Assembly (NCBI RefSeq): GCF_030028105.1
Contig: NC_092390.1
Coordinates: forward strand, 56,588,777-56,652,776
Reading direction: 5' to 3'
DNA: 64,000 nt
From: Mobula birostris
Lineage: Eukaryota
The translations under genes were made by a program, and so were the position numbers. Below are positions 37,804-49,970 of this stretch, piece by piece. Under the pieces are notes generated by a model, which worked only from the letters and a program-made list of their open reading frames with translations, had not been told where the DNA came from and did no database searches. Position 1 is the stretch's first letter. Each line of letters begins with the position of its first letter.

Positions 37804-40800
37804 TAAACACCAAGGAGGCCAGTGCTAGACTGATTTTTGGGTTGAGGACATGTACATTTAGCAATATAATGCTCAATTATAAATTGCACATTGCACATTT
37901 AGATGGAGATGTAATGTGAAGATTTTTACTCGTGCATATGAAGCATGCAAGTAATACAGTCAATTCAATTGATTGCGGCTACCATTCTTCACATCTGAAA
38001 ATATATTGTGCAGCGTTGGACAATGGGTTCCTAAAAGCTGTGAATCCCAGACCAAGCAATGGTGATTAAAATTCATTTGGATGTCTGTGGTGTGGATGCG
38101 AATCAGGAAGTGTGAACGTTGTATATGGTTTCAAAAAAAGCATTATCCATACACTGTAAATATGGAGTTGTCCTTTGATGTTTGGCACATAAAATATCCA
38201 ACCCCATGTTGGGCCAGAAACAGCTTTCGACTGAAAGCGTCTCCATAAGATGCCTGCTGTACCTTGTTTTGTCATATAAAGAAGCTGCTTTGTATCTACC
38301 AATAATTTTCTCCAGTGACTTCATTCATGCAACAAAAGCCAGGACAGATTTCTACCCAGACCTTGAGAAACTTCAGCCCACGATCCTCCTGGACAATTCA
38401 ATGTTAAAATAGCAAAAGACCAAATCCTCTGAAAAATCCTGAAAGGCAAGGATGGAGTATGGAAAGTTAGGGCAGCATGGTAATCGCTTTACAGGGCCAG
38501 TGATCACCAACTGGAGTTCAATTCTCTCCATTGTCTGTAAGGAGATTGTATGTTCTCTCTGTGACTGTGTGGGATTCCTCTGGGTGTTCTGGTTTATTCC
38601 ACTTTCCAAAGACATATGGTTAGGGCTAGTGAGTTGTGAGTGATGCTGTGTTGGCACCAGAAGCATGGTGATACTTGCGGGCAGCCCCCAGCATAACCCT
38701 TACAGATTTGATTTGATACAGCACAGCACATTTTACTGTATGTTTCAATGTACATACATGTGATAAGTAAAGCTAATCTTTAATCTTTTCAGTGAGTCCT
38801 CCATCTGAGTAAGGATTTGTGATAACCAGTACACTGCTTCATTAGAGGGTCAAGCACAGGACTTCTTGGTAATTTCTCCCAATCTAGGCAATGGTACCTG
38901 TCAAATTATCTCTTCATCTGAGCAAGAGATTATAGGAGAGTCTGCTATATCCATACCATAATGGCTACTGATGACCGTGGGTCTGATCCATTCTGTTATC
39001 TCCATCAGTCTGGCTCCAAAGCAAAAAATGGCAACAGAAACAGTGATGCACGTTTCAGACAACCTGAGGACTCTTAACCAACAGGAGGAATAGAGTATCC
39101 ACAGCTTCTAGCCTCCTTTGAGGATCACCATAATTAGCACCTGTGAAGATACTCTTCATATAACTGCTAGCAAAAACCAGAACTTGATTGATGAGGGCGT
39201 ACGGGAGATCCAGGAATTAATTGAAAGCATATGTTTAGTTCCTTTGTAACATAATTCCACCACACCTCAAGGAAAATGAAACAGCTCAGCCTTAACAGAA
39301 AACTACAGTCTATAGAGCAGATGGTTGGTGGAAGGAGAACAGCAAGTCCAGTAACTCACCAATAATCATGACATATGGATTCATAAGCACCGTCAAGACT
39401 ACTTTAGGCCAGACATCCAAGAGTCCACCCTGCTATGAGCCAAGAAGACAGTATTTTTGCTAAAGTTTTAAAAAAATTAACCCTTAAAGGAGACAGCATT
39501 CTTGTCTAAAACACAGCAGAGTAATTCACAAACTCATTTCCCACATTAGGGGAACTCAGAAACACCATAATTATTATTTCTTTCAAGAACAGAAACAAAT
39601 CAATTGCATTAACCGCAGAGGATCAATGTCTCTGCCAGCATTCACCTCAGCCAACTCCTGCCAATGATCAAGAGCTGTTCCCTGAATCACAGTGTGACTT
39701 AACTGTCTCAAATCAAAATGGATAAGACTTAATGGCATATCAACCCTATTCAGTGGATTCATGACCTTTAACAGTTTTTGCAAATTTCATCCTTCAATTG
39801 ACATCATATATCCGAAGCAGATTTGGAAAAATTACAGTCTATGCTTTCAAGAACCAATTCTGAAATAAAACCAGGAAAGGTCGGTGGGGGTGCATGTGTG
39901 CATTCACATCAATGACCTTTCATTGCTGTCAATGATCTGAAATATTAACATTATTTCTGACTCCAGTAATGCTGTTCCATGCATTTAGTTCAGTATTTCC
40001 TGTTTTAATGTTTAAATTAACACTTCAGGTCAATGTTCTAATAAAAAGTTACTGACCTGAAATAATAGCCGTTATTTCCCCCTACATCAAAATCACCTCA
40101 ACTGCTGAGCACTTTGTGTGTCGTTTTCCCCAAAATTTCAGATTTCTAGCATCTTTAGCACTTTACATTTGCAGAAGAAATTCTGATCAGATTTTTAATT
40201 ATGTAGGGAAATTATCGTCAATTAAAATTAATAGCGAAGGAGGTTGCAATTTTTCTCTTGCCTGATCACCAGAACTGATCAAGTTTCTAACACAAGACAC
40301 CCAGTGGACTTTGCCTGTGATCAGTATCTGATGCAGAGAACAAAATGGAGAAATGATTTAAGAATATTCTCAAGCTTCCTTCAATAAAAAAAATGCAACA
40401 TCAGCAGAGACCGAGATCCCCTGAACCACCACAATTTGGATACGGAGCTGTCTGAATGGCATTGAGAACCTCAGTGGGACAGGACCGTAGAGGAGGCCAG
40501 CAGGAATGGCAGGACTGCACCCTAAACAAGCTGGGATCTGCCAATGAAGCATTTACCCTGCTTCCCTTTCCACAATTCTAACTTAGTCAGCTGCGTCATG
40601 GGCACTGGCCTCTGTAGTATCCAGGACACCCGCAAGCAGTGACGCCTCAAGAAGGCGGCATTCATCCCCTATCGCCCAGGTTATGCCTTGTTCTCATTGC
40701 TACCATTACGAAGGCGCTACAGGAGCCTGAAGGCACATATTCAAAAGATTCAGGAACAGTTATTCCCCCCTGCCATGCATTTTCTGAATGGACATTGAAC

Positions 40801-41586
40801 CCACAAACTCTACCTCACTTTTTAAAATTTCTATTTTTGCACTACTTAAATTTATTTTATATATTTACTGTAATTCACGGTTTTTTCTCTATTATTTTGT
40901 ACTGAATTGCACTGTTGCTGCAAAGACCACTTTCACGACACATACCAGTGATACATTCAGCCAGAAACTCATTCCACTGAGATGCAACACAGAGTGTCAT
41001 AGGAAGTCATTCCTGCCTGTGGCCATCAAACTCTATAACTCCTCCCTTGGAGGGTCAGACACCCTGAACCAGTAGGCTGGTCCTGGATTTATTTCCTAGC
41101 ATAATTTACATATTACTGTTTAACTATTTATGGTTTTATTACTATTTATTATTTATGGTGCAACTGGTACCAATTTCCCCCGGGATCAATAAAGTATGAC
41201 TATGACTACGACTATATTAAACCTGATTCTGAGATGCCTCCTGACCTGTCCATCATTTCCAGGATCTTAAGTTTTTATTTAAGATTTCTAGCAGCTACTT
41301 TAAAAAAATCACTAACTACCCAAGCAACTTCTTTCATCGGGCATCCGTGGAAGTACAGTATCTGCGATCTCATCGGTTACCTCAGACCCAAACGAAGGCA
41401 GCTTTGGTCCCGAAGGGCTGCCCAACAAGAGAACATGAAGCAAAAGCAGATGATGCTCCAAGTTTCCTAGGCTGGGGATAAATACAAGCCTGGGTGTCAA
41501 GCAGTGGCACCACTACGAGGGCAAAGCTACCAGGATTCCGCCACGCAAGGGGAGGACGATTGAAGAAGGTGAAAGTGGCGCCTTAC

Positions 41587-41632
41587 TGTCAATGTCGTCA
41601 ATCAGGCTGGCTGTGCCGGGCATATAGTTCAT
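41587..41632 (-). CDS. LSM1: LSM1 exon 1 (Sm-like protein LSm1, mRNA decay)
   Basis: MNYMPGTASLIDDID + A|gtaagg; 46 nt. The four exons total 402 nt (133 aa plus stop), in frame. Confidence 0.95.
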
Positions 41633-41876
41633 CTTGCTCCGAAGCAACCATTGGACGTCACATGGTCCACAGGAAGAGGAGGCGACGTCGGAGCCGCGTC
41701 ACTTCCGCCGCCGCTGATCCTGGGCCCCGGGGTACTCTCTCCTGCTGCCGTTAGCTCCTTCTCGGTGCAGCCGGCCGAGGTCGCATTCGCGGCGGAGTTA
41801 TCCCCCGTCTGTTCCCGTGAATCCCCCACCCTAACCGAAGGGCGGTTTCGCTGAGCGAGGGTCGGCGAGGTGTAAG
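41633..41876. promoter_or_regulatory. CpG-island bidirectional promoter and 5' UTRs of LSM1/PRDX3
   Basis: 244 bp between divergent ATGs; ETS-CRE composite GCGTCACTTCCG (41696-41707); GACGTCAC (41654-41661); YY1-like AAGATGGCGG over the PRDX3 start. Confidence 0.8.
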
Positions 41877-41888
41877 ATGGCGGCTCGG
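41877..41888 (+). CDS. PRDX3: PRDX3 exon 1 (MAAR)
   Basis: aagATGGCGGCTCGG|gtgagg: strong Kozak context, phase-0 donor matching exon 2; read-through hits a stop near 41997. Confidence 0.7.
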
Positions 41889-42616
41889 GTGAGGAGAAGG
41901 GGAGAAACTTCCCTCGCCGCGGCTCAGGCTGGCGAACGGGGGTTGGGGAGCGGGGGAGGGAGGGAGAACACTGCTCCTCATCCCTCCCGTTCGGAATAAA
42001 TTGACAGAGCCCCTTCATGGCCCGTCGGGGGTCTGCAGTTGTGTCAGAGTTGGACTTGACCCCAGAAGGACGCCGTCTCACAATTCATTGCACTCGGTGC
42101 TAGCTGCGGGCCTTGGGCACGTCTGCCTTTATCTTTTCAAATAGGCTTCAGCTTGTCACGAATTTGTGTGCAGGACACCCTTCTCACTCTGTCCCCACCC
42201 CACATATTTTCCACCTAAGTGGGGCTGTGGGGATCTCGAAAACCAGACTGCCAGGTGCCGTGCGACACCACCAAAACTCTCGGATCAGCTCTCTCGAAGA
42301 TTAAATAACTGGCATGACTTCTGTAGTGGTTAGGTCCAACCTTTTATACTCATCCATTCTCCTTGTTCTTAAGATTTAAAATCAAAATGAGATTTATCTG
42401 GGCTGTTTTATAACCTTCATTGTGTCATAACTGTTTAAAGGTCAGGGTTCATCCAGTGCATGTGCGCTAAATTTGGAATTTAAACTATTGTAACGTATTG
42501 AATTTCCTCTGCTTGGAGCCAAATTAATTGTGCGAAAGTTGGAGATGATACAGCTAAGCCTGTTTTTTTTTCAGTTGGATTGATTGACTTGCTTTTCTGT
42601 TTGCATCACTTTTCAG

Positions 42617-42737
42617 ATTTACAGGACATGTATAAGGGGAGTTACAACAGCTTTGCAAACACAATGTATTAAGAAAAACTTGATGCACCGTCGGATTTCA
42701 ACCCCTCTAGCAAAGTATAAATGCAACTTTAGTACAA
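42617..42737 (+). CDS. PRDX3: PRDX3 exon 2 (mitochondrial presequence)
   Basis: ttttcag|IYRTCIRGVTTALQTQCIKKNLMHRRISTPLAKYKCNFST+A|gtaagt; basic, no acidic residues; phase fits exon 3. Confidence 0.85.
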
Positions 42738-44142
42738 GTAAGTGCTGTGGAAAAGTTGTTTATTTTTTTCTAATGAATCTCGGAAATTAATTAGCTTGGA
42801 TGGCTGCCTGGGAAGAAGCCCTTTAGCAAAGAGTCTACTGAATTAAAGTCTACTGAACTAGAGACATGAGGATATTTCTAAAGAGCTCCTTGTATCTAGG
42901 TGTGATGTAATCACAAACCCCCTCAAAAAAACTTGTTGCAATCTCAGAAGAATTACAATAGGTGGATCCATTGAAATTGGGTGAGACTAGAACTAGAGGT
43001 CATAGGTTAAGGGTGAAAGGTGAATTAGGTGAGGAAAATCTGAGTGGGATATTCACTCAGAGGGTGGCATGAGTGTGGAATGAACTGCCAGCAGATGTGG
43101 TGGATGCAGGTTTGACTGCAACATTTAAGAGAAGTTTAGATTATATGGACTGGAGGGCTATGGAGGCTAAACACAAAATACTCTGCAGATGCTGGAGTCA
43201 AAACAACATGCACAACACACTGGAGGAACTCAGCAGGTTGGGCAGCAGCTATAGAAACGAACAGTCAACATTTCGGGCCGAGACCCTTCGTTAGGACTGA
43301 AGAGGGAGGGGGCAGGGGCCCTATAAAGAAGGTGGGGGACGGTGGGAAGGAGAAGGCTGGTAGGCACCAGGTGAAAAACCAGTAAGGGTAAAGATAAAGG
43401 GGTGGGGGAGTTGAAGCAGGGAGGGGATAGGCAGGAAAGGTGAAGAAGGAATAGGGGAAAGCACAATGGTTAGTAGAAGGAGGCGGAACCATGAGGGAGG
43501 TGATGGGCAGCTGGAGGAGGGGGCAGAGTGAAACTGGGAGGGGGAGGGAATTATCAGAAGTTGGAGAATTCATCGTTCATGCCAAGGGGCTGGAGACTAC
43601 CCAGACAGTATATGAGGTGTTGCACCTCCAACCTGACCACAATGGAGGCTGTCAAGTGTAGGTCAATGGGATTAGGTAGAATTACAGTTCAGTACAGATT
43701 AGATGGAGCAAAGGGCCAGTTTCTATGCTGTAGTACTCTGTGACTCTTAAGTTCAAGAACTTTCTAGTATGTATTGGGGGGGTAGTTTTGAGAGTTGCTT
43801 CTGACTCCTTTTTTAAAAAAAAAATGAGACCTTATGAACTTAGTTTTTGGAACGTTCCCTTGGAATATTTAATCTGTGTCTTTAGCCTTTTCTACAGATG
43901 ACCTTTTTTCTTTTAATTAACGAACTTAATTGGCCAAAATCTGTTTTTACTTTAAATCCACACACATAGTTCATAGACCAGTTAATAAAATAGAACCGTG
44001 CTGTTGTATTGCAGATATCATTCAGTCCAGTTGGGACTTTTGTATTTGACAATGCCTGCAGGGAACTCCATTTAAAGTATTAAATGTCAACATTTTTAAT
44101 TGACATCTGACCCTTTAATTGAGACTTATACCTTCTCTTTAG

Positions 44143-44284
44143 CTTATTCAAACTTTGTTCCTGCTGTTACCCAGCCCGCTCCCTTTTTCAAGGGCACTGC
44201 TGTAGTCAATGGTGAGTTCAAGGAAATCAGCCTGGATGACTACAAAGGGAAATACCTGGTTGTTTTCTTCTATCCTCTGGATTT
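44143..44284 (+). CDS. PRDX3: PRDX3 exon 3
   Basis: [46 protein letters not shown](F); 142 nt, AG/GT. Confidence 0.97.
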
Positions 44285-47200
44285 GTAAGTAATTTTTCAC
44301 GGGCTCTTTGCTGTAAAAGAAAATGTTTCTCAGCTAGAATTTCTTCATTGACAAATTTTATACAAATCATATTTATTGCCATGTGCAACTTTAAAATAGA
44401 TATTTTGGATAAAATTCTAAACTATTCCAATATTCTATTAACATGCATGCAAGTAATATTTTGTTATCTGTATCTGACAGCAGCAAATCTAAGTGTTGAT
44501 ATTATGTTGCTCAGAGTTAAGGAAGCCTGAATATCTAAGCTTTGTTATCAACTTTGAAAATATTGACCAAGTGATGGGTGGAGAACCTTTTTTTCTGGAG
44601 CAGTTCTTTCTTACTTAAGCCCATCAACCCTACTGGGTCATAGGCTGCCGACAACAGATTGCCAGAGTCCTCTGTCTTGGGCCAGTCCTTCGAGTTATCC
44701 TAGGTGTAGTCCATCTGCTCCTTCCTATTGAATGATGAAAGCCTTGATAGAGTGGATGTGGAGAGGATGTTTCCTATGGTAGGAGTGTCTTAAGACCAGA
44801 GGTCACAGCCTCAGAATAGAGGGGTGTCCTTTTAGAACAGAGATGAGGAAGAATTTCTTAGTCAGAGAGATGAATCTGTGGAATCTGTGGCCACAGGCAA
44901 CTGTGGAGGCCAAGTCTTTATTTATATTTAAGGCAGAGGTTGATAAGTTCTTGATTTGTCAGGGTATGAAAGGATACGGAGAGGAAGGCGGGAGATTGGG
45001 GCTGAGAGGGAATTGGATCAGCCATGATGAAGCATGGCTGACTCGATGAGCCAAATGGCCAAATTCTGCTCCTATATCTTATGGTCTTCCTCTCCCAGGG
45101 ATGAGGTTTTGGAGCTTCTGTTGGCATTTTTGTAGCACTAGGTTTTTATGGGATGGGGTTGCTAGTCCCATGCCCAGTCCCCTCCTTTCACAGCCAGGCT
45201 TGGGACTGTCCATGGTGGAGTTTCTTTCTTATGTTTTATTTAATCTGCTAATTGACAAGTGGATCTTTATTTTTTTTCTCTCTCGTTTTAATTCCTTTCT
45301 TACCTTTGTTTTTTCTCATTCTGAACCCATTCTGGTACACAACATATGCTCATTTTTGTACATCTGTATACATATACTGAAAAGAACATTTATGATTTCC
45401 CTGTTTATACGTGAGGCAATGTGACGGAGGAGGGTTGATGCTTTTGCATGCTGGGGTGCTTTGGTGTTCTGAAATTTTTTCTGTCATTTGTTCTTTGGGG
45501 TTTATCTTCTGTTTTGTGGGTGTCTGTGGAGTAAGAATTTCAGGTTGTATAATGTGTACGTTCTCTGATATCAAATGGAACTATTGAACATTGAAGCTTT
45601 GATTATTATTGCCACTCCAAAGCTGTATACACTGTAGTAACTGATATAAAAGCTATATTCTCTGTATGAAGTGTTATACATAAACATACACTTAAAATTT
45701 TGTCAATTGCTGGCATGATGAGTACTTTGGAATTTGTTCTAGTCCAATTTGATATTGTTGGTATTTGGGAAAGAAGGTTGATTCCTGTATTGAAATTAAC
45801 AACCACATCCAACAGGCTCTGGAATGTTGGCTCTGTTGCAATCGTTTTTGATTATGATGTTGTACAGTTGAACAGTTTGAACAGTTTTTAACCATAAATA
45901 AGGCTTAGCACTAAGGTCCTTTAGAATTGTTGAAGATTTATGACATAAGTGGATGATATTGGACCCATTGGAACAATGCTGGTCTCTGATCTATAGACTC
46001 AGATCTATCACATGTATATCAAAGCACCCAGTGTAACGTGTTTGCATTAGCAACCAACACACCCAAGAATGTGCTGGGGGCAGCCTGCAAATGTCACCGC
46101 TCATTCTGGCGCCAGCAAAGCACACTCAGAATGTTCAGCAGAACAACACGAGCAGCAGCAGCAGCAGCAAACCAACAACTGAGGTGAGAGCTGAATTCAC
46201 TCACTCGCTCTCCGTGATGCTCATTCCACTTGCCAGGGCGTCGGAGCCTTTTGGTGTTCTGTTGTTGGGTCAATTTAAACGCCAGCCCAGATAGACTGAA
46301 AAGGAAAGGGTTTCAGTTGGGATGAGAGCCGTTCTCTGTGATGGTCATCTCCATGGCGCTGAGACTGTGAAGACTGCCCTGGCTGCTGTGCTCCGAGCCT
46401 GCTGATGTGATAAACTGATAAGCGAGTCTTTGTACCTTTTCCAAGCTGCTCCAGGGTTTGGATCTGAAGACTCCATTTGGGTTTGGAATGTTATCGTTGG
46501 CTTCAATTGTTTGCATGATTTGTATTTTTCTTTCTCTCGTGCATTGAGTGTTGGGTTTTTATTTTTATTCTTTTCCTCTTTAATTGGGTTCTTTCAGGTT
46601 TCTTGCTTTGCAGCTACATGTGAGCAAACATATCTCAAGGTTGTATAACATACACTCTTTGATAATAAATCTTGAATCTTGAACAACAGAACAAATCAAG
46701 ACAGCAGCATAATAACAAGCCTTTTTCTGACCCTTTACAAACATAGGCAGGCCTCTAACCCCAGAACGGTCTGATTCTCTGGACTCTCAGACATTGGGCC
46801 AGTCCCAGGCCTTGACAAGCACCCTTGACCTTCAGATTCTACCTCTGGACTTGCCAACCTCAGTCTCTGACCTTTTTGGGCTTTGTACCTCTGGATTTTG
46901 CTGTGATCTTGACTTTCACCTTTGGTTTTGCCCTCCAGACTTTGCCAGTTCTGGGTCTCAACCTTGGGTCTTGCTGATTGCAGGCTTGACCTTCGAGCTT
47001 CAGCCCCAGATTTGCCAATCATGGATTTGAATTTCGGGCCTTGACTTACGGACTTGCACGACCACTGTGGCATGAGGTGGGGTAGAGTCACAGGCCCTTA
47101 TTACTCCCGCCTGCATGGACCTCCGGATCAGACTTGCTGAATTGGGGATCATTGGTCTCCTCAGCACCTGCCGACCCAGCCTCCAGGAACGCTGATCCTC

Positions 47201-47934
47201 AACTGAGTTGCCCTCTGACCTGGACTCCAAACACCAGCTCCTGCCCCTGACTTTTCACTCTCCCTCATTCTTAAAGTTTGCAGCTCCAGGTTAATCCAAG
47301 CACATATTTGTGATGATGGCATTTACCTCCCTTTCATGCAATGAATCCCAGAGTTCTGTGCTCTGCATTGGGGAGAAATTCACCCAATTATCCTAATAAT
47401 TTCGTCAAACTTTCTGTCCGGAGGCATTGGTCCTCGTAATTTAAAATGCCTTCAGTTAAGTCTCCCCTCAGTGGGTGTGTTCAAATGAACCAAGCCTATC
47501 TAATCTTTCCTCATAGCTGAAATTTTCCAGTCCTGTCAACCTCTTTGAAAAATCTCTCTGCACACTCTCCACTGTTATCTTTTTAAATATGACTATAACT
47601 GTGTGCAGTACCCCAGGCTGTAGTCTCATTGGCATTGTATAAGTTCCAGCATAATCTCCCTGCTTCTGTCTAATAAAAAAAGCATGCAGCTTGTATCCAC
47701 TATATCAATCTGTCCAAATCCTTTGAGGGATCTATGGACATATTCTCTGTGGTTCTTCCTCACCTCAGTGTCCTTCCATCTGTTATATTTGCTTTGCTTT
47801 GTTGCTTCTCCCAAAAACAATATTTCCACTTTTCTGTCCAACAGTGAGGCTTTCTATATTTTAATGCAATCTAAAATATTCCTCAATGGTGCCTATAGCA
47901 ACAATTTTTGTATATATTTTATTGTGCCCTCTAT

Positions 47935-48195
47935 AAAAGGAAAGGTACGTTGCATCCGGAGTTTCTCCGGTTAGCGGACGATTTCCCTCCACGCCTCTCT
48001 GATGTAGTGGGGAACCGCGTACGAGGCAAGTTACAGCAGTGGTTTGCTATTGCCTTCTGCCGGGTGAGTTTCCAAAGAGATCACCAGCTCGTAACCCAGC
48101 ACGGATGGAAAGCGTGCAGGGGAGCCGGCTGGATTCGAACTCGGGACCTTTCGTCCCAAAGTCCAGCACTGATGCCACTACACCACCAGCCAGGT
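47935..48195 (-). mobile_element. tRNA-derived SINE with the same head as 11570-11715 but a different tail
   Basis: A box TGGTGTAGTGG, B box GAGTTCGAATCC; tail includes GAAGGCAATAGCAAACCACT. Confidence 0.8.
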
Positions 48196-48893
48196 CTGTG
48201 CCCTCCATACCCAAGTGTAAATCATTATCCTTCAAAAGGCTAGGGGCCAAGTACTGAAGCCCCAGAGCACCAATGATGATGGCTTCCAGTTACAAAATCA
48301 CTCATTTACTTTCATTTGCTGCTGCTGCTGGGTCAATTTTGGACTCCTGTCAATTTGTCACTGTCCCTTCAGATGAAACTCATGAAAAGTGCGAGCACGT
48401 TTACTGTGTTTTACGAAATAGCTCCTTTTCAACAACCAGTAGATTTTAGATTTGAACAGCATTACTTTGTTCTATGCGACCACTCAAAACTATGGAGTCA
48501 TTTTATTAAGATTGGTGCTCGTATATTAAGATACAACTGAAGTATTGTACTAAATGTGTTTAAAATTTTAACGACTTCAAATGATTTAAGTATTCAAAAA
48601 TGGAAAGTGAAAGCACTTGGGGTTGCTTATGTTTCTATAGTTAACTTTGAAACATGCTAAATTAAATGGGTAGTTTAAATTTCCTTTTGCTAAATGATAT
48701 AGACAAAAGTCTAATTTTTAAGAAGAAATGCAATGTCTGCTTTTGTATCAAAGTATTCTCTAGAATGCAAGCATTGGCGGATATATTTTTGCAGTCAGCT
48801 TTTTGTTTCTTTCTACATACATATAGATATGATTAGAAAAGATGTGTAGTTTTAAATAACTTCTAAAGACAAAAATATGTCCTTTTTTTTCAG

Positions 48894-49029
48894 TACTTTT
48901 GTTTGTCCGACTGAAATCATTGCTTTCAGTAACAAAGCAAGTGAGTTCCATGACGTAAACTGTGAAGTAATTGGTGTTTCTGTAGACTCTCATTTCTCTC
49001 ACCTTGCCTGGATCAACACTCCAAAAAAG
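48894..49029 (+). CDS. PRDX3: PRDX3 exon 4 (peroxidatic Cys)
   Basis: [45 protein letters not shown]; 136 nt. Confidence 0.97.
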
Positions 49030-49452
49030 GTACAGAAGCATGCAGGAAGATTTTACACTCCTGCAATTGATTTTTTAAAATGAATTTTTGTTAGTTTTTG
49101 TGCAATAATTATGTAACTTAGTATTTAACAAAATAATATTCTGAATTATCAGCAATGCACTCAAGTTTTGGTGTTGAAAATTAAGCAGTGTCATCAGACT
49201 ATTTCACAAGTGCAATGTGTTGTGAGGTAACAAATTCTTAAGATCTGTACAAAATAATGTTCTCTAAGTTAATTATCTTGGGATGGGAGATTTTTGTATT
49301 TATTGAGGCAAGAAAACAGAAATTATTGAGTGTGTTTCTATTAAGGTAATAAGAATTATATTTCAAAGTCAGTGTTATTTTAATTTACTAGTAAGTATCT
49401 TTTAAATTTATGCATTGGTTAAGTTTCCCCAATATTCATTCTTTTCTTCCAG

Positions 49453-49556
49453 AGTGGGGGTCTAGGGCACATGAATATACCACTGCTGTCCGATATAACA
49501 AAACAAATCTCACGGGATTATGGAGTGCTACTGGAAAATGCTGGTATTGCTCTAAG
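49453..49556 (+). CDS. PRDX3: PRDX3 exon 5 (GGLG motif)
   Basis: [34 protein letters not shown](R); 104 nt. Confidence 0.97.
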
Positions 49557-49619
49557 GTAAAGTATTTTGTTATAAGGGGTGCTTCCACTTCAGTCCCTCA
49601 GATATTAAATAGCTGATGA

Positions 49620-49970
49620 GACGATTGTGTAACCTGCAGATTCTGCCAGTGGTGGAGCAGGGGAACCTTAATGGCCAGGATGAATGGGCAATGTGGGAGC
49701 TGGTGCATTGCCTCTGCCATTCCACTGGGTGTCTGTGTGTTCCTAGTGAATAGTTGAGATTCTCACTGCCATCCTGAATGCTCCTCATTGACTTTGAACA
49801 ATCACAGCCCAGGGATTCCCATGAGTTTGCGAGGATGTTAGACATGCAGTCATTAAGAACATTCTTCAATGTATTCTCTGTCCTGCAGATAATCTGTTGC
49901 TGTGACGGCATTCCGAACTGAGTGGCAGTTTTTGGAATCTGGTTTGTGCATGTGAATGACATTGGAACCT
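49620..49970 (-). mobile_element. Old RTE LINE 3' fragment (other RTE-like debris at about 39000-39830)
   Basis: Degenerate LKNVL...NI...SWESL..D.S....IQDG resembles an RTE C-terminus. Confidence 0.5.

Noticed and set aside
41494-42081. Arg/Pro-rich ORFs
   Set aside because: Stop-poor CpG island overlapping the true first exons.
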